From NCBI GenBank assembly GCA_020891255.1, contig BQFW01000013.1:2108001-2172000 (forward strand): a DNA stretch of 64,000 bases, in the 5' to 3' direction. This document shows positions 1 to 9,599 of this stretch, piece after piece; position 1 is the first letter of the stretch, and each line of letters opens with the position of its first letter. The notes below the pieces were generated by a model. That model made no database searches. It was not told the origin of the DNA and worked only from the letters and a program-made list of their open reading frames with translations. The DNA comes from Entomortierella parvispora E1425 (Eukaryota; Fungi; Mortierellomycota). The position numbers and the translations under genes were made by a program.

Positions 1-428
1 ATTCTGGCAGCGTGGCCATTGACAGAACCGATGAAAGTGAGCAGTTGGCTCTCTGCCTTTTGGACAGTGAATTCGTGTAGGCGAATCGCACGACGCTTCA
101 ACTTCTTCAACTGACTTTTGGACAGAGGTACACTAGGTGCCGGCGGTACAGCGAGAGGGTCCGGTTCATCTGTATCGGAGGATCTAGGTAGAGGAGCGGA
201 CAGGGCAACTGGAGCGGGCGAGGCAACAGGTTTTTTGGTTTGGTTTTGGTTTCGGTCCGATAGAACAACCAGAGCATCGTGGATGTGAGTTCGCTTGTCA
301 TGATTGGAGTCATGTTTCTGAGGTGTAGAATCAAGTGAAGTTTTATTTGAGGTACTTAGCTCAGGGTTGTTGGCTACAGTTTCGACAACTGGGGTCCGGA
401 CCGACCCTAGTTGCCGGAGGCTTTTCCC
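1..428 (-). CDS. pol: 5' part of Ty3/gypsy pol (spacer plus start of aspartic protease), runs off the window edge
   Basis: The -1 frame relative to gag is stop-free from 428 to the edge. It ends ...QLLTFIGSVNGHAARI, the usual segment just before a retropepsin D(S/T)G motif. Confidence 0.75.
386..428 (-). promoter_or_regulatory. -1 programmed ribosomal frameshift signal
   Basis: G_GGA_AAA heptamer in the gag frame (422-428), 8-nt spacer, then hairpin CAACTAGGGT / 8-nt loop / ACCCCAGTTG (9 of 10 pairs). Confidence 0.7.
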
Positions 429-1327
429 GAATCAGGGGATTCACCCGCGGTTACTTGATTAATTCCTCGGCTGCCGTTGCCGTACTTAGGGCAATTGGGA
501 CTGATGTGACCCAATTCGCGGCAGCGGAAGCAGCCACCGTTACGTACAAGGTACTCTCGGTCGGCGGCGGTCAGGGGTGCGGGGCGATCTCGAGAAGGGT
601 TGTTAGTACCGTTGGTGGGGCGGTTCTGTAAGGAGCGGTGAAGGGTGCCGAGTTGCTTATGGATATTGTTGAGTTGGATATGAATATTGTCCACTTCCAT
701 TGCGTTGGGGTCGGTGATACCAGCAGAGGATCCCGAGGCAGCCAGTGCTTTGGCACCGAGTGATGGGTCTCCAGTGTGGAAGATACGACCGAACTCCTCC
801 GCGGCCTTGAAGAGTCTGGGCAGATCTATGGTGTCGTTGCCTGCATTAACAATGGCCACTTCCAGCATCTGGCGAAGCTGAGTAGGTGCACCACTGAGAA
901 AGGCAGTACGGATAGTATCGTTGAGAACTGCGTTGTCGGCGTAGTAAGACTGGAGGAGCAGGTGGTATTCACGGGCTTTGGTAATATAGGCCATGACGTT
1001 GGAGATGTTCAATGGTAGTGTCATTTTCATTTGCATTGTGAGGGCGAGAATGTGCTCCTTAAACTTCGCAGGACTGAACTCGGTGGCAAGGAGCTCGCTG
1101 AAATCCGGGAATGAGGTGTCGGATGGCTTGTTTAAGAGTGCCCACCAGCCGATAACCTCATCGCCGGCAAAGGCAAGGGTAACCCCGACCTTGCGAGGTT
1201 CGGCAATTCCAGCGCCATCGAAGAAAAAGGTCATGCGTTTCAGAAAACCGAGAACAGAGAATCCGTCGCGCTTGCCGTTGAACGGTGTTGGATGAGGGAA
1301 TTTGAATGACGGTGTCGCGGGGTCCAT
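407..1327 (-). CDS. gag: Ty3/gypsy Gag with CCHC zinc knuckle
   Basis: Retrotransposon gag-like capsid region (FNGKRDG...WW) and CFRCRELGHISPNC knuckle. First ATG is at 1327; the ORF track opens at a TTG at 1450. Confidence 0.92.
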   Translation of the reverse strand: MDPATPSFKFPHPTPFNGKRDGFSVLGFLKRMTFFFDGAGIAEPRKVGVTLAFAGDEVIGWWALLNKPSDTSFPDFSELLATEFSPAKFKEHILALTMQMKMTLPLNISNVMAYITKAREYHLLLQSYYADNAVLNDTIRTAFLSGAPTQLRQMLEVAIVNAGNDTIDLPRLFKAAEEFGRIFHTGDPSLGAKALAASGSSAGITDPNAMEVDNIHIQLNNIHKQLGTLHRSLQNRPTNGTNNPSRDRPAPLTAADREYLVRNGGCFRCRELGHISPNCPKYGNGSRGINQVTAGESPDSGKASGN

Positions 1328-1433
1328 GTTGGGTGAATTGTCGAGGGAGAGTTGATCGAAGAGGGATACGAGGGGGTCCAGGGTGTAAGTGTGTCGGAGG
1401 GTCAGTGGGTCAGTGAGGTCAGTGGATCGAAAA

Positions 1434-1445
1434 CCTTTGCTACCA
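1434..1445 (-). promoter_or_regulatory. primer-binding site, tRNA-iMet type (TGGTAGCAAAGG)
   Basis: Follows ...TATTGCA (LTR-like CA end) directly and precedes gag. TGGTAGC is complementary to the initiator tRNA 3' end GCUACCA. Confidence 0.8.
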
Positions 1446-1556
1446 TGCAATAGGAGTATCGAGGGTGGAGTGGAGACAAGAAGTGAGTTTTATTATATTG
1501 CAAGTTTCTAGCTTTTGTAGGTACACATCGCGTGATGTCACCGTATTCCTGTTACA
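1446..1556 (-). mobile_element. LTR R-U5 end; minimal LTR if TGTAACA at 1556 is the start, true 5' boundary unknown
   Basis: Ends TTGCA next to the PBS and contains AATAAA (1489-1494). TGTAACA preceded by GGAGGG at 1556. The same R-U5 sequence recurs at 47920-47975. Confidence 0.6.
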
Positions 1557-1814
1557 CCCTCCGGCTCATCAGATCCCTTGAAGCCGGCACCGCCGACGCA
1601 AACCTTCAGGATACTCCGGATCCAATGAATAAGTCCCTCATTAGAGGCTTTCAGCCTCTCTGAATAAATCAGTTTTATCTTTCTTTTCATACAACTCATC
1701 TTCCTTCCCCTTTGCATGCTAAGCTCTCCCATATCCTGGGCGTTCCTTTACATTGCTGTCCTGTTCCTTGCCTTCCTTGTTGATCTTGCCTCAAGTGGCT
1801 TCCCTCGCACCTTC

Positions 1815-3902
1815 TCAGACGCGTCCCCGTCTCCCTGTTGCTCTTCCAGTGACTACTTCTTGCCCCATACAGCGCTGTGTGGCGCCACTGTGGGGTGGAT
1901 CTTGTGACTGCCAACTAGTTGTGTTTCCCTCCGGGGTCACTGTGGCCGTTGGGCTGGCCGATGAAGGGAAAGTAGTGGTCGTAGTTGGTTGGGGAGTTGT
2001 TTCTGTCTCTACTTGTGTCGCGTACACCTCGCTGGTATCAGTTGTGGTGATGTCTTCACTCATCGTAGGGGATGGCGTGTAGAGAGAGTCAGAGGTTTTG
2101 AAGGTTGATAGAAATGGAAGTGTTGTTGCCGTAAAGGTCAAGAAAGGGGCGGTTGTAGTGGAAATAATTGAGAAGGGGATCGTAGTAGTAGCTGTTTCTT
2201 GATGAATGTATGGAGTTTCTGAAGACTGAGACTCGGACATAGACTCTGGGTAAGAGGGAACAGCGGTGGTTGTTGTTGAGAAAGCTGAGATGGCGGTACT
2301 GACTAGATCACTCGTGGTCGAAGAGATTGTGGAGGCGGACAAGGATGTAGTGACTGTAGTAACGGAGGAGTTCTGAGTAGTGGTCTTCAAAGTTGCTGAA
2401 GGTGATAGAGATGAATTTGAGGGCGAGTCTGGCAACGGCGAGGGTAAGGGAGAACTTGAGGACAGCGACATTCCAACGGAAAACGACTCGAAGTATCTCC
2501 TTACTTCTGAAAACCAGCTGATAGGAAAAAGCGATTGTAACCAGAAGAAAAAGGATGACGAGAACAACCAAAACCAGTGGATCAACCACGAGGGAGAGAA
2601 GGTCAGGCCAAGTTGGAGTAGAAAGAGTGCTAGGAAGGTACCGATGAATGTAAGGGAGGATCGAAAGTGAGAGGGTGATGATCCAAAGAGCTTTCTTGTA
2701 TGCAATCGACGCGACACTTGCCAAGATATGAACGAGAGGAATAGAAAGTCGAGCGAGGCGGAGTACCAACGCAAGGGCGGCAGTGAAGAGTCGCCAAGTG
2801 GTTCGGATGAGTTGGCCGGTCTTTTGGACAATGAACAATAGGTTGTCGAAGGTGCTTCGTAGAAGAAGATAGACGAGAGGAAACACGACAAAGATTGGGT
2901 GTAGTCGATATAAGAAAAGAAATACAGGGCGTAGAGACTGAGGAACAGGATACATAGGGCAATTGCACTCAGGACTACGGTCTTAGCGATGCCACGAACT
3001 TGTCGATAACCGTTCACCAGTAGAACAGAGAAAGTCCTAGGACGCGCCCGTTGTAGTTCAGTGACCAGATATGAATAACCGTAAAAGAGGAATATCTGGA
3101 AGTTCCAGACAAGAGAAATGAAGAGGAAAAAGTGGTACGAAATGGATTGCAGGAAATTGTTGAACTTCTGTTTGGTGACACGCCAAAATCGGTAATCTGA
3201 TGTAGCGTACGAAAGGGCGTATGAGAAGAAAGAGGGGACGTGTTGGACGTGGTAAAGAATAAGGTAGATACGTCTGATCAAAGGTGAAAGGACTCTAACG
3301 AGGCGATCGAAAATGATGGTAGCAGAATAGTAGAGACTGAGAGTTATAAGGAGGGCGAGAGAAAAAAGAAGGACAATGATGAGAAGAGTGCTCATAAGGT
3401 ACTCCAGATAGGGCAGCTTTTCTCGGATTTTGAAGTTGTACTGAAGCCAGTCAGTGAGGTAGAAGGTAGTGTCGTTGATGAGTCTTTGAATGAAAGGGAT
3501 GGCAACGAGGAAACTGCAGAGGATGATAAAACTCAAACCAATGGTTGCCTCAGGAATTGCGTATGGTCCGAGTAAGAAGAAGTAGATAGAGGAAACGGCG
3601 AGAGCGACAGCAAAGGTGATGAACGCCCACCTAAATCCCAGGCTATCGAAAGCTCTCTCTTGCTCCTCGGTGTAAAGACGGGGTAGAGTTAATGGAATGA
3701 TGAAAGTTGGTCTGTAGACGAAGAAGTGAAGAAAGCAGAGTACGATCGCTTGACAGTGTAAAAGTAACTGTACTTTGTTGTGGATGTACTCGTGCGTGGT
3801 TTTGTGAAGATGAACGGGAAGGGGTGGAGTTCTTGACTTAAAATTTGTAGTACGAAGGTGCTCGATTTTCTTTATTTTTCTTGTGCTTTTCTTTATATGT
3901 GC
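1815..3902 (-). CDS. intronless multi-transmembrane protein with Ser/Thr-rich mucin-like C-terminal half, function unknown
   Basis: Frame is stop-free from 3902 to 1815 (about 695 codons) with first ATG at 3395. Many hydrophobic stretches N-terminally and an S/T/P-rich C-terminal region. Confidence 0.6.
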   Translation of the reverse strand, partial: AHIKKSTRKIKKIEHLRTTNFKSRTPPLPVHLHKTTHEYIHNKVQLLLHCQAIVLCFLHFFVYRPTFIIPLTLPRLYTEEQERAFDSLGFRWAFITFAVALAVSSIYFFLLGPYAIPEATIGLSFIILCSFLVAIPFIQRLINDTTFYLTDWLQYNFKIREKLPYLEYLMSTLLIIVLLFSLALLITLSLYYSATIIFDRLVRVLSPLIRRIYLILYHVQHVPSFFSYALSYATSDYRFWRVTKQKFNNFLQSISYHFFLFISLVWNFQIFLFYGYSYLVTELQRARPRTFSVLLVNGYRQVRGIAKTVVLSAIALCILFLSLYALYFFSYIDYTQSLSCFLSSIFFYEAPSTTYCSLSKRPANSSEPLGDSSLPPLRWYSASLDFLFLSFISWQVSRRLHTRKLFGSSPSHFRSSLTFIGTFLALFLLQLGLTFSPSWLIHWFWLFSSSFFFWLQSLFPISWFSEVRRYFESFSVGMSLSSSSPLPSPLPDSPSNSSLSPSATLKTTTQNSSVTTVTTSLSASTISSTTSDLVSTAISAFSTTTTAVPSYPESMSESQSSETPYIHQETATTTIPFSIISTTTAPFLTFTATTLPFLSTFKTSDSLYTPSPTMSEDITTTDTSEVYATQVETETTPQPTTTTTFPSSASPTATVTPEGNTTSWQSQDPPHSGATQRCMGQEVVTGRATGRRGRV

Positions 3903-4311
3903 CTACGAGGTGTGTGTTGATCATTGAAGTGGGGCCTCTAGGCGGCAGTTGTTCCTTGTTTCTGTCTTTGTTCCATTGTTTCCCTTGTTCTTTGTTTTCC
4001 AGCTGCTATTCTTGACGCGAGTCCCTTTCCATTTGCTTCAGCCTGTGGGGCGAGTCGATTGCAACCTAAATTTGGACACGGCCCGCGTGTGGCAAATCTG
4101 GCTTGATCTGTGCTGTAGATCAGTGGCACTCACTTCTGTGACGTTGCGGCTCCCAAGGCCAAGCCACACCGCTTGTCTCGCCCTTATTCTTACATACTGC
4201 TTTCGAATGCGCGCTACCAAAATGAGGAAATTAGTCCTTTTCCTCCACCATCCACATCACCTCCCATTCCTCCATTCACAAACTCGCTTTTCCTCTACAA
4301 CCGCATCCACC

Positions 4312-7286
4312 ATGGCGACAGACACACTCACACTCTTCTGTCTCATCAGCGGCGAGTCCACGTCCAAATCCTTCAAAGTCAGAATTGTGGACAAAGATGC
4401 GGACGTCAGTGATCTCAAGGATGACGTCTTCAAGGTGATTTCAAATCCATCTGGACAAATCAAAGCTAAGGACCTGGTGCTATGGAAAGCCACGATCCCT
4501 GTCGGAGAGGAGCGCATAATCGAGCTTGGTAGTTTGGGCGACAAAATAAAGCTTGACAATCCAAGGACAGGCCTTTCCAAGCTGTTCCCTGAGAGTCCTG
4601 ACGACAACACATACATCGTTGTTGAGAAACCCGAAGGTATGCCCCTAGCTTTTCCGGATGGACGCGTGTGAGTTTAGCCGGTGGCCAGATTGCAGAGGAG
4701 CTCTCTAAGAAAGACTTTTCCCTTCTGGTCCTATGGTCCGTGCTCGCTGACTAATCACTGTTTTAAAAACTAGGTACAGCCACTGCTCAGCTAGAGATGC
4801 CTCGCCTTGCTCGAAGGCCGTCGAATGGTGAGTGTGGGCCCCTTTTCCTCTGATGAAATCGGTATTTGAATTGCGGTTCGCGTGCCTTTGTTCCAGCTGA
4901 GTTTATTTTAACTGGACAGACCAACATCGCTTGTCAACGTATTTCTGCTAGATCTCATGCACGTCATCAAGGAAATACAGGATAGTTTTCATCCACGAGG
5001 CCGAGGATCAGATTCAGCGCCTAAAGTATCAAGCCTGATGCCTATGCTGGAGCGTCCCTTGGATAAAGCCGCTAACAGAGTTATTAAGAATGTCATAAAC
5101 TGCTTGGATTCGCAGAAAGACGAGCAAGTTGCAAAGGCATTGAGTTCATTCCTTGTTTGCAGTGGCACAGCTGGGACTGGTATGGATGCTCATCTTTGTT
5201 ATATCATACGACAGCCTTTGATTACAATCATACTAATAACTCGCTTATGATAGGAAAAACGCGTTACGGTCAGGAGCTGAGCAGTTACTTGCGACGTCAT
5301 CTTTCGGAAAAAGTCAAAGAGAAGGGTCTCAGTTACACGCCTCTCCAGTACTACATGTTGCTCGATTTCTACAAAGATGCTAGTTTGCGCCAGGTTGAAT
5401 CCAAGCTCGATGCGGAAAACATTCTTGGTTTGCGCATGGCGTATTTTCATTTCTTCCAAGGCAAATACCTGGAGGCTTATCCAGATTTCTACCACCAAGT
5501 CGCAGACTGCCGCGGGCTTTTCACCATCACCAATGTCATCATCGCTATTCGCAAGGATTTGAAGCTTCCGGCAGAGAGACCATTCTTCCTCTTCCTTCAC
5601 ATCGATGAATTTCAAAAAATCTTTGATCACCGCTGGGAAGGAACTCCCGCACGCCGCCGTCCATCTCTGTCTAAGGGCGGAATTTATCTGGCTGGTGACA
5701 AAACTGAAGGTCACACAGAGGAAGGTCTCAGTCTGTTCAAGGATATAATGCACACCCTAGGGAACTTCATGAGCGGTGCCAGCAATCCTGATATAATCCA
5801 GACCTTTCTCTCGGGAACTGCTCGGAGGGAAGTAACTTTGGCAGCCAAACCGACGTTATATTCCTTTGAGTTTTTATCGTGTCCGCCGTTGTCCTTGGGA
5901 GCCTGCTATGACATTATGGGCAGTTTCCTGAGGCCTGAATCAGTCCATGCCTGTCAGTGGGTACCAAAGAAGGGGATTCTTTACCTTCTATCGGCCACAG
6001 GCGGTCTTCCACGTGCTCTGCAGCTTTTATTAGAAGAGTTTTTTGGAAGTCGGCTCGAGAACCACGCCAGTTTTCTAGAAGCACTCTCTAATATCGACGA
6101 GGATACGGATACCATTTTCGGCGAAGTCGAAATGCAGCTTGACAATTTGTACGCAATCACCGACTTCGCCAAAAAGCACAAAGGTCTTATTTGTGCAATT
6201 GTCCGGTTGTGCCTTCTTCAACAACCGGTCGAGCGTGATCATGTCCCATCCGATCTCTTCCCAAAATACACTATGGATGTTTTGGAGCGCGAAACACACA
6301 CGATTTTGGAAGACAACGAGGATAATGATGGAAGAATATTGGTCCGAATACCCTTTTTTTTCCTATCCCGCTACAACAAAGTCGTCGAAGAGGTTCGGAA
6401 TCATCTTAAAAAGATATTTGTGGAGGACTGGGAGTCTAGCCGAGGATGGAGCTTTTTCGAGGGCATTGTCGCTGATTTCGAGGCATTGCGGACGAACCTT
6501 CTTTTTGGCGACCGTCAAACAGCGACTCTTCGGGAAATCTACTGTGGGGCTATGGGACAGCCGGAAACCTTGGACCGCATTGTCAAACTCAAGGAACTAT
6601 CGGTTGTCAAGTTAATACACCGCTTCCCATCATCAGGAAGGCCAACAGTGGCCGGGGGGGAACAGCTGGACTGGAGATCTGATAAAGTGTTTGTAAATGC
6701 AGCTGGAGCATCATTCGCAGATGTATTCGTTTGTCGCGAGAGCTCGAACGGCAACGGCGAAAACATCCTCTTTGGACTGCAGGCGAAGAAGTTGACGACG
6801 GCTACTCTTACTCTGGAGACTATCAAGACTGAACACAAAAAAAACGAAGAGGCAATTAAAGGAGTGCCTGCGGGCTCGCTCTTGGATGAGGATAACATCA
6901 AAAACGCAAAAGTCATCACCGTCCTCATCACCACCGCGGACATAAATGACAAGAACTTCCAGCTGCTCAACAGTTCGTTTCCTCCCAACTGTCTCTTGAT
7001 ATACCAAGGGAACTTTACCAAGTTCTTCGGTCAAGCATTTAGCGTATCCGCTGCGCTCGCTCTTTCGGAGGATCTCAATTGGAATTTTGCAACCAAGGAT
7101 ACCCTTAAAAAAAAGCACCATCTCGACGACAGTGAGGTCGAAGATATTCTGGCCAATTTGCCTTATCGTTCATACGATGACCTTATTCAAAAGGTTCCTA
7201 CGATGAGCAGCAAGGCTACTGCCGCGGAGATGGGTTTCTTTCCATACCAATATTTTCGGGCGGAAAAAAGGCGTCGACTCTTTTAA
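4312..7286 (+). CDS. Crinkler (CRN) effector: ubiquitin-like header, P-loop NTPase, restriction-endonuclease-fold nuclease, HhH-like tail
   Basis: MATDTLTLFCLISGE...YIVVEKP header. Walker A SGTAGTG/KT is rebuilt across intron 5180-5253. Walker B LHIDEFQ, TGGLPRAL, FADVF...LQAKK. Four exons splice in frame. Confidence 0.88.
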
Positions 7287-7829
7287 ACGTTTTGGGCTTG
7301 TTCATAGTTTGAGTACAGAGCACTAAGAACGGTGGAGAAATAAATGATAGCTCTATTCTGACGCCTTTCACTGGTTTCGTCCACGGACCGCCTCGAGTAC
7401 AGGACTCGAGACTGAAGGACATCGTCTGGCGGACTGTGTGACCTATGAGGAAAATGCGCTCGGGGATCTCAGTGCGCGAGCCTAGGAGCAAAGCTGAAAA
7501 AAAAACAATCACAATCACGTCGTTAACGCATCTAATCTCATCTCCTCACCATCCAGCGGACACGAAAAGGTCTATGGTGGTCTCCGCCTGCTATTTCTTC
7601 GCTTCCTATTCCTGATACACTGAACCATGACCGTCATTAAGTCCTTCCCAACATGCCCTCCGCTTCTTTTGAAAAACTCTCACAAACCTCTAACGCGAGC
7701 GTGTCGAACCGCCATAGACAAGCCATAAAAGGGTGGAGCCGAAAGCTCTGGACCCACGCGTTCGATACGAAGGAATCTGCGTTTGAGGTGCTTGCAGTGC
7801 AACTGGAGGCTGTCTAACTAGAACGGAAC

Positions 7830-8245
7830 TTGAAACTGGATCTCGAAGGCACAAATGACGACCTTGCGTCTGCACAGGAGGAGCTTGAGGACACCCGCAC
7901 AAGGCTGGACAAGACGGAGCTCGAGCTGCAGAACACCCAGAGCGCTCTTGCTGTGAGTGAGGCTGCGCGCCGCGCTGCGAACCGTGAACGCGTATCGCCT
8001 GGCCTGAGAATAAGTAAGAGGTCTTTGCCGTTCTGGAATTCAGAAATCCTCAGGCGCTCCCTGTCGGCGCGTTTCGTCTCTTCACTCTGCAGCGAAAAGC
8101 TGTAACACGCGGTTACATGGGCTGCCTCTACGCCTATGAGGCCAACGACAAACTGCAACAAAGCAAGCGCCAGGCTCCCCACAATCGCATATGGAGTCTG
8201 ATAAAGATCGTCTTGACCGGCAAGGATCTCAGCGACAGAAAACTT
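7830..8245 (+). pseudogene. relic of coiled-coil + T5orf172-family gene
   Basis: Coiled-coil fragment, then GCLYAYEANDK...WSLIKIVLTG..RK, closely matching 24760-24890. Truncated at the pyrimidine tract. Confidence 0.65.
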
Positions 8246-8713
8246 GAGCACGTTGTCCCTTTCTTTTCCTTGCCCTTTCTTTTTCCCAGCCCTTTCTTTC
8301 CTGTCCTTTCCGTTTATTTTCCCTCCCCTCTCTTCTTTTTTCTCCCCTTAGTTCTTTTCTCTCCTCTTTCTTTTTCCCCTGTCCTTTCTTTTACCCTCCG
8401 TTTCTTGTCCCTCCCCTTTCTTTCCTTTGTTTTTCTTTTCCCCGTCCTTTCTTTTCCCCGCCCTTTCTTTTCCCCATTCTTTTCTTCGCCCTTTCTGTTC
8501 CTTGCCCTGGCTCATCCTTGTCTTCACTTTCCCCTGCACTGGCATTCCTCTGTGCTCACTACTCTCAGCCCCTTCTTTTCCTCCTCATGTATATAAAGAA
8601 GTGACACCTACACATCATCTTGCGCCAACACACTTCTGATCCTACCTCAAGACTCAACGCTCACAGCAAATTCACAAAGCCTGAAAGGAAGAAACATCAA
8701 AGCAGCCTCACTA

Positions 8714-9232
8714 ATGACTTGCCTTCGGAAACCTGCATGTGTCGTCATTTCTGTCTTTGTGCTGCTGAATGTTCTGATAACTGCCCATGGCCAGGCATGT
8801 AAACCTGCCTGCTGTGACGTCCTTGTCACGGCGTATGACTCCAGCATTGTTGGAATCCATTGCACAGCAGGTGGAATTGATTGCCCATTCTCAGGACAAA
8901 TCACAGCTTGCTGCGGATCCGTTAACCCTCTTACACATGTTGGACATGCCTGCAAGAATTCGACCACTTCGTTAAATAAAAAGTTGAAGTCCAGACCCCC
9001 CCCCCCTGCGTGTTACGGTGGCTCTTGGGTAAGAATCAAATGCCTCTTATCTGCAACAACTGAAAGAGACAAAAAAGAACAAATCTGTAGAACAATGGGC
9101 TTAATCTCAGCAGATCGTAGCAACAAGGCTACTTACTCTACTGCTTACTGTACAATACCCCGTTCAGTTAAAGTTCTGCAATGGATCTATCTCTTCCAAT
9201 ATTTGAAATTAACATTGACAGGAGCCTCATAA
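8714..9232 (+). CDS. hydrophobin-like secreted 8-Cys protein with C-terminal extension caused by stop loss
   Basis: Signal peptide, then C-x3-CC-x15-C-x6-C-x8-CC-x12-C. The stop present in the 33136 copy is deleted here. Confidence 0.65.
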   Translation: MTCLRKPACVVISVFVLLNVLITAHGQACKPACCDVLVTAYDSSIVGIHCTAGGIDCPFSGQITACCGSVNPLTHVGHACKNSTTSLNKKLKSRPPPPACYGGSWVRIKCLLSATTERDKKEQICRTMGLISADRSNKATYSTAYCTIPRSVKVLQWIYLFQYLKLTLTGAS

Positions 9233-9518
9233 AGCCTTTTCGCTCTACAAGACCACCCCACGCAATATGATTCAAGAACCGAGGCTCGATTCGTATTCAA
9301 AAGAAAAGGCGGTAGTCGTCGCGTTCTAGCACGGATTCTGACTTAGAGGCGTTCAGGCATAATCCAACGGATGATAGCTTCAGGCCAGTGCCTGCTCAGA
9401 CAGGCCCAAATACCAACTATCTGAATAGAGTGTTTCTCCAGCACTATTTAACTTCGATTACTATTGCAACAACATTTCATCAGTAGGGTAAAGCTAACCT
9501 CTCTCACGACGCTCTCAA
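9079..9518 (-). pseudogene. degenerate 3' end of 25S/28S rRNA gene
   Basis: Reverse complement matches conserved LSU rRNA stretches (GTAGCCTTGTTGCTACGATCTGCTGAGATTAAGCC, GAACGCCTCTAAGTCAGAATCC, TTTACCCTACTGATG) with many substitutions. Confidence 0.9.
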
Positions 9519-9599
9519 TTTTGTGGAGCAGGCTGTATCAGGAGATCATGTTCCTCTTCATCTGACACGCGTGACGCGACCAACCTCTTCCCCCGTCCG

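Noticed and set aside
8260-8600. Phe/Leu/Ser/Pro-rich membrane protein ORFs (also 32780-33050)
   Set aside because: They are translations of a low-complexity pyrimidine tract upstream of the hydrophobin-like gene.
9079-9518. Functional rRNA gene
   Set aside because: Only the last roughly 440 nt are present, with substitutions in universally conserved positions including the sarcin-ricin loop.
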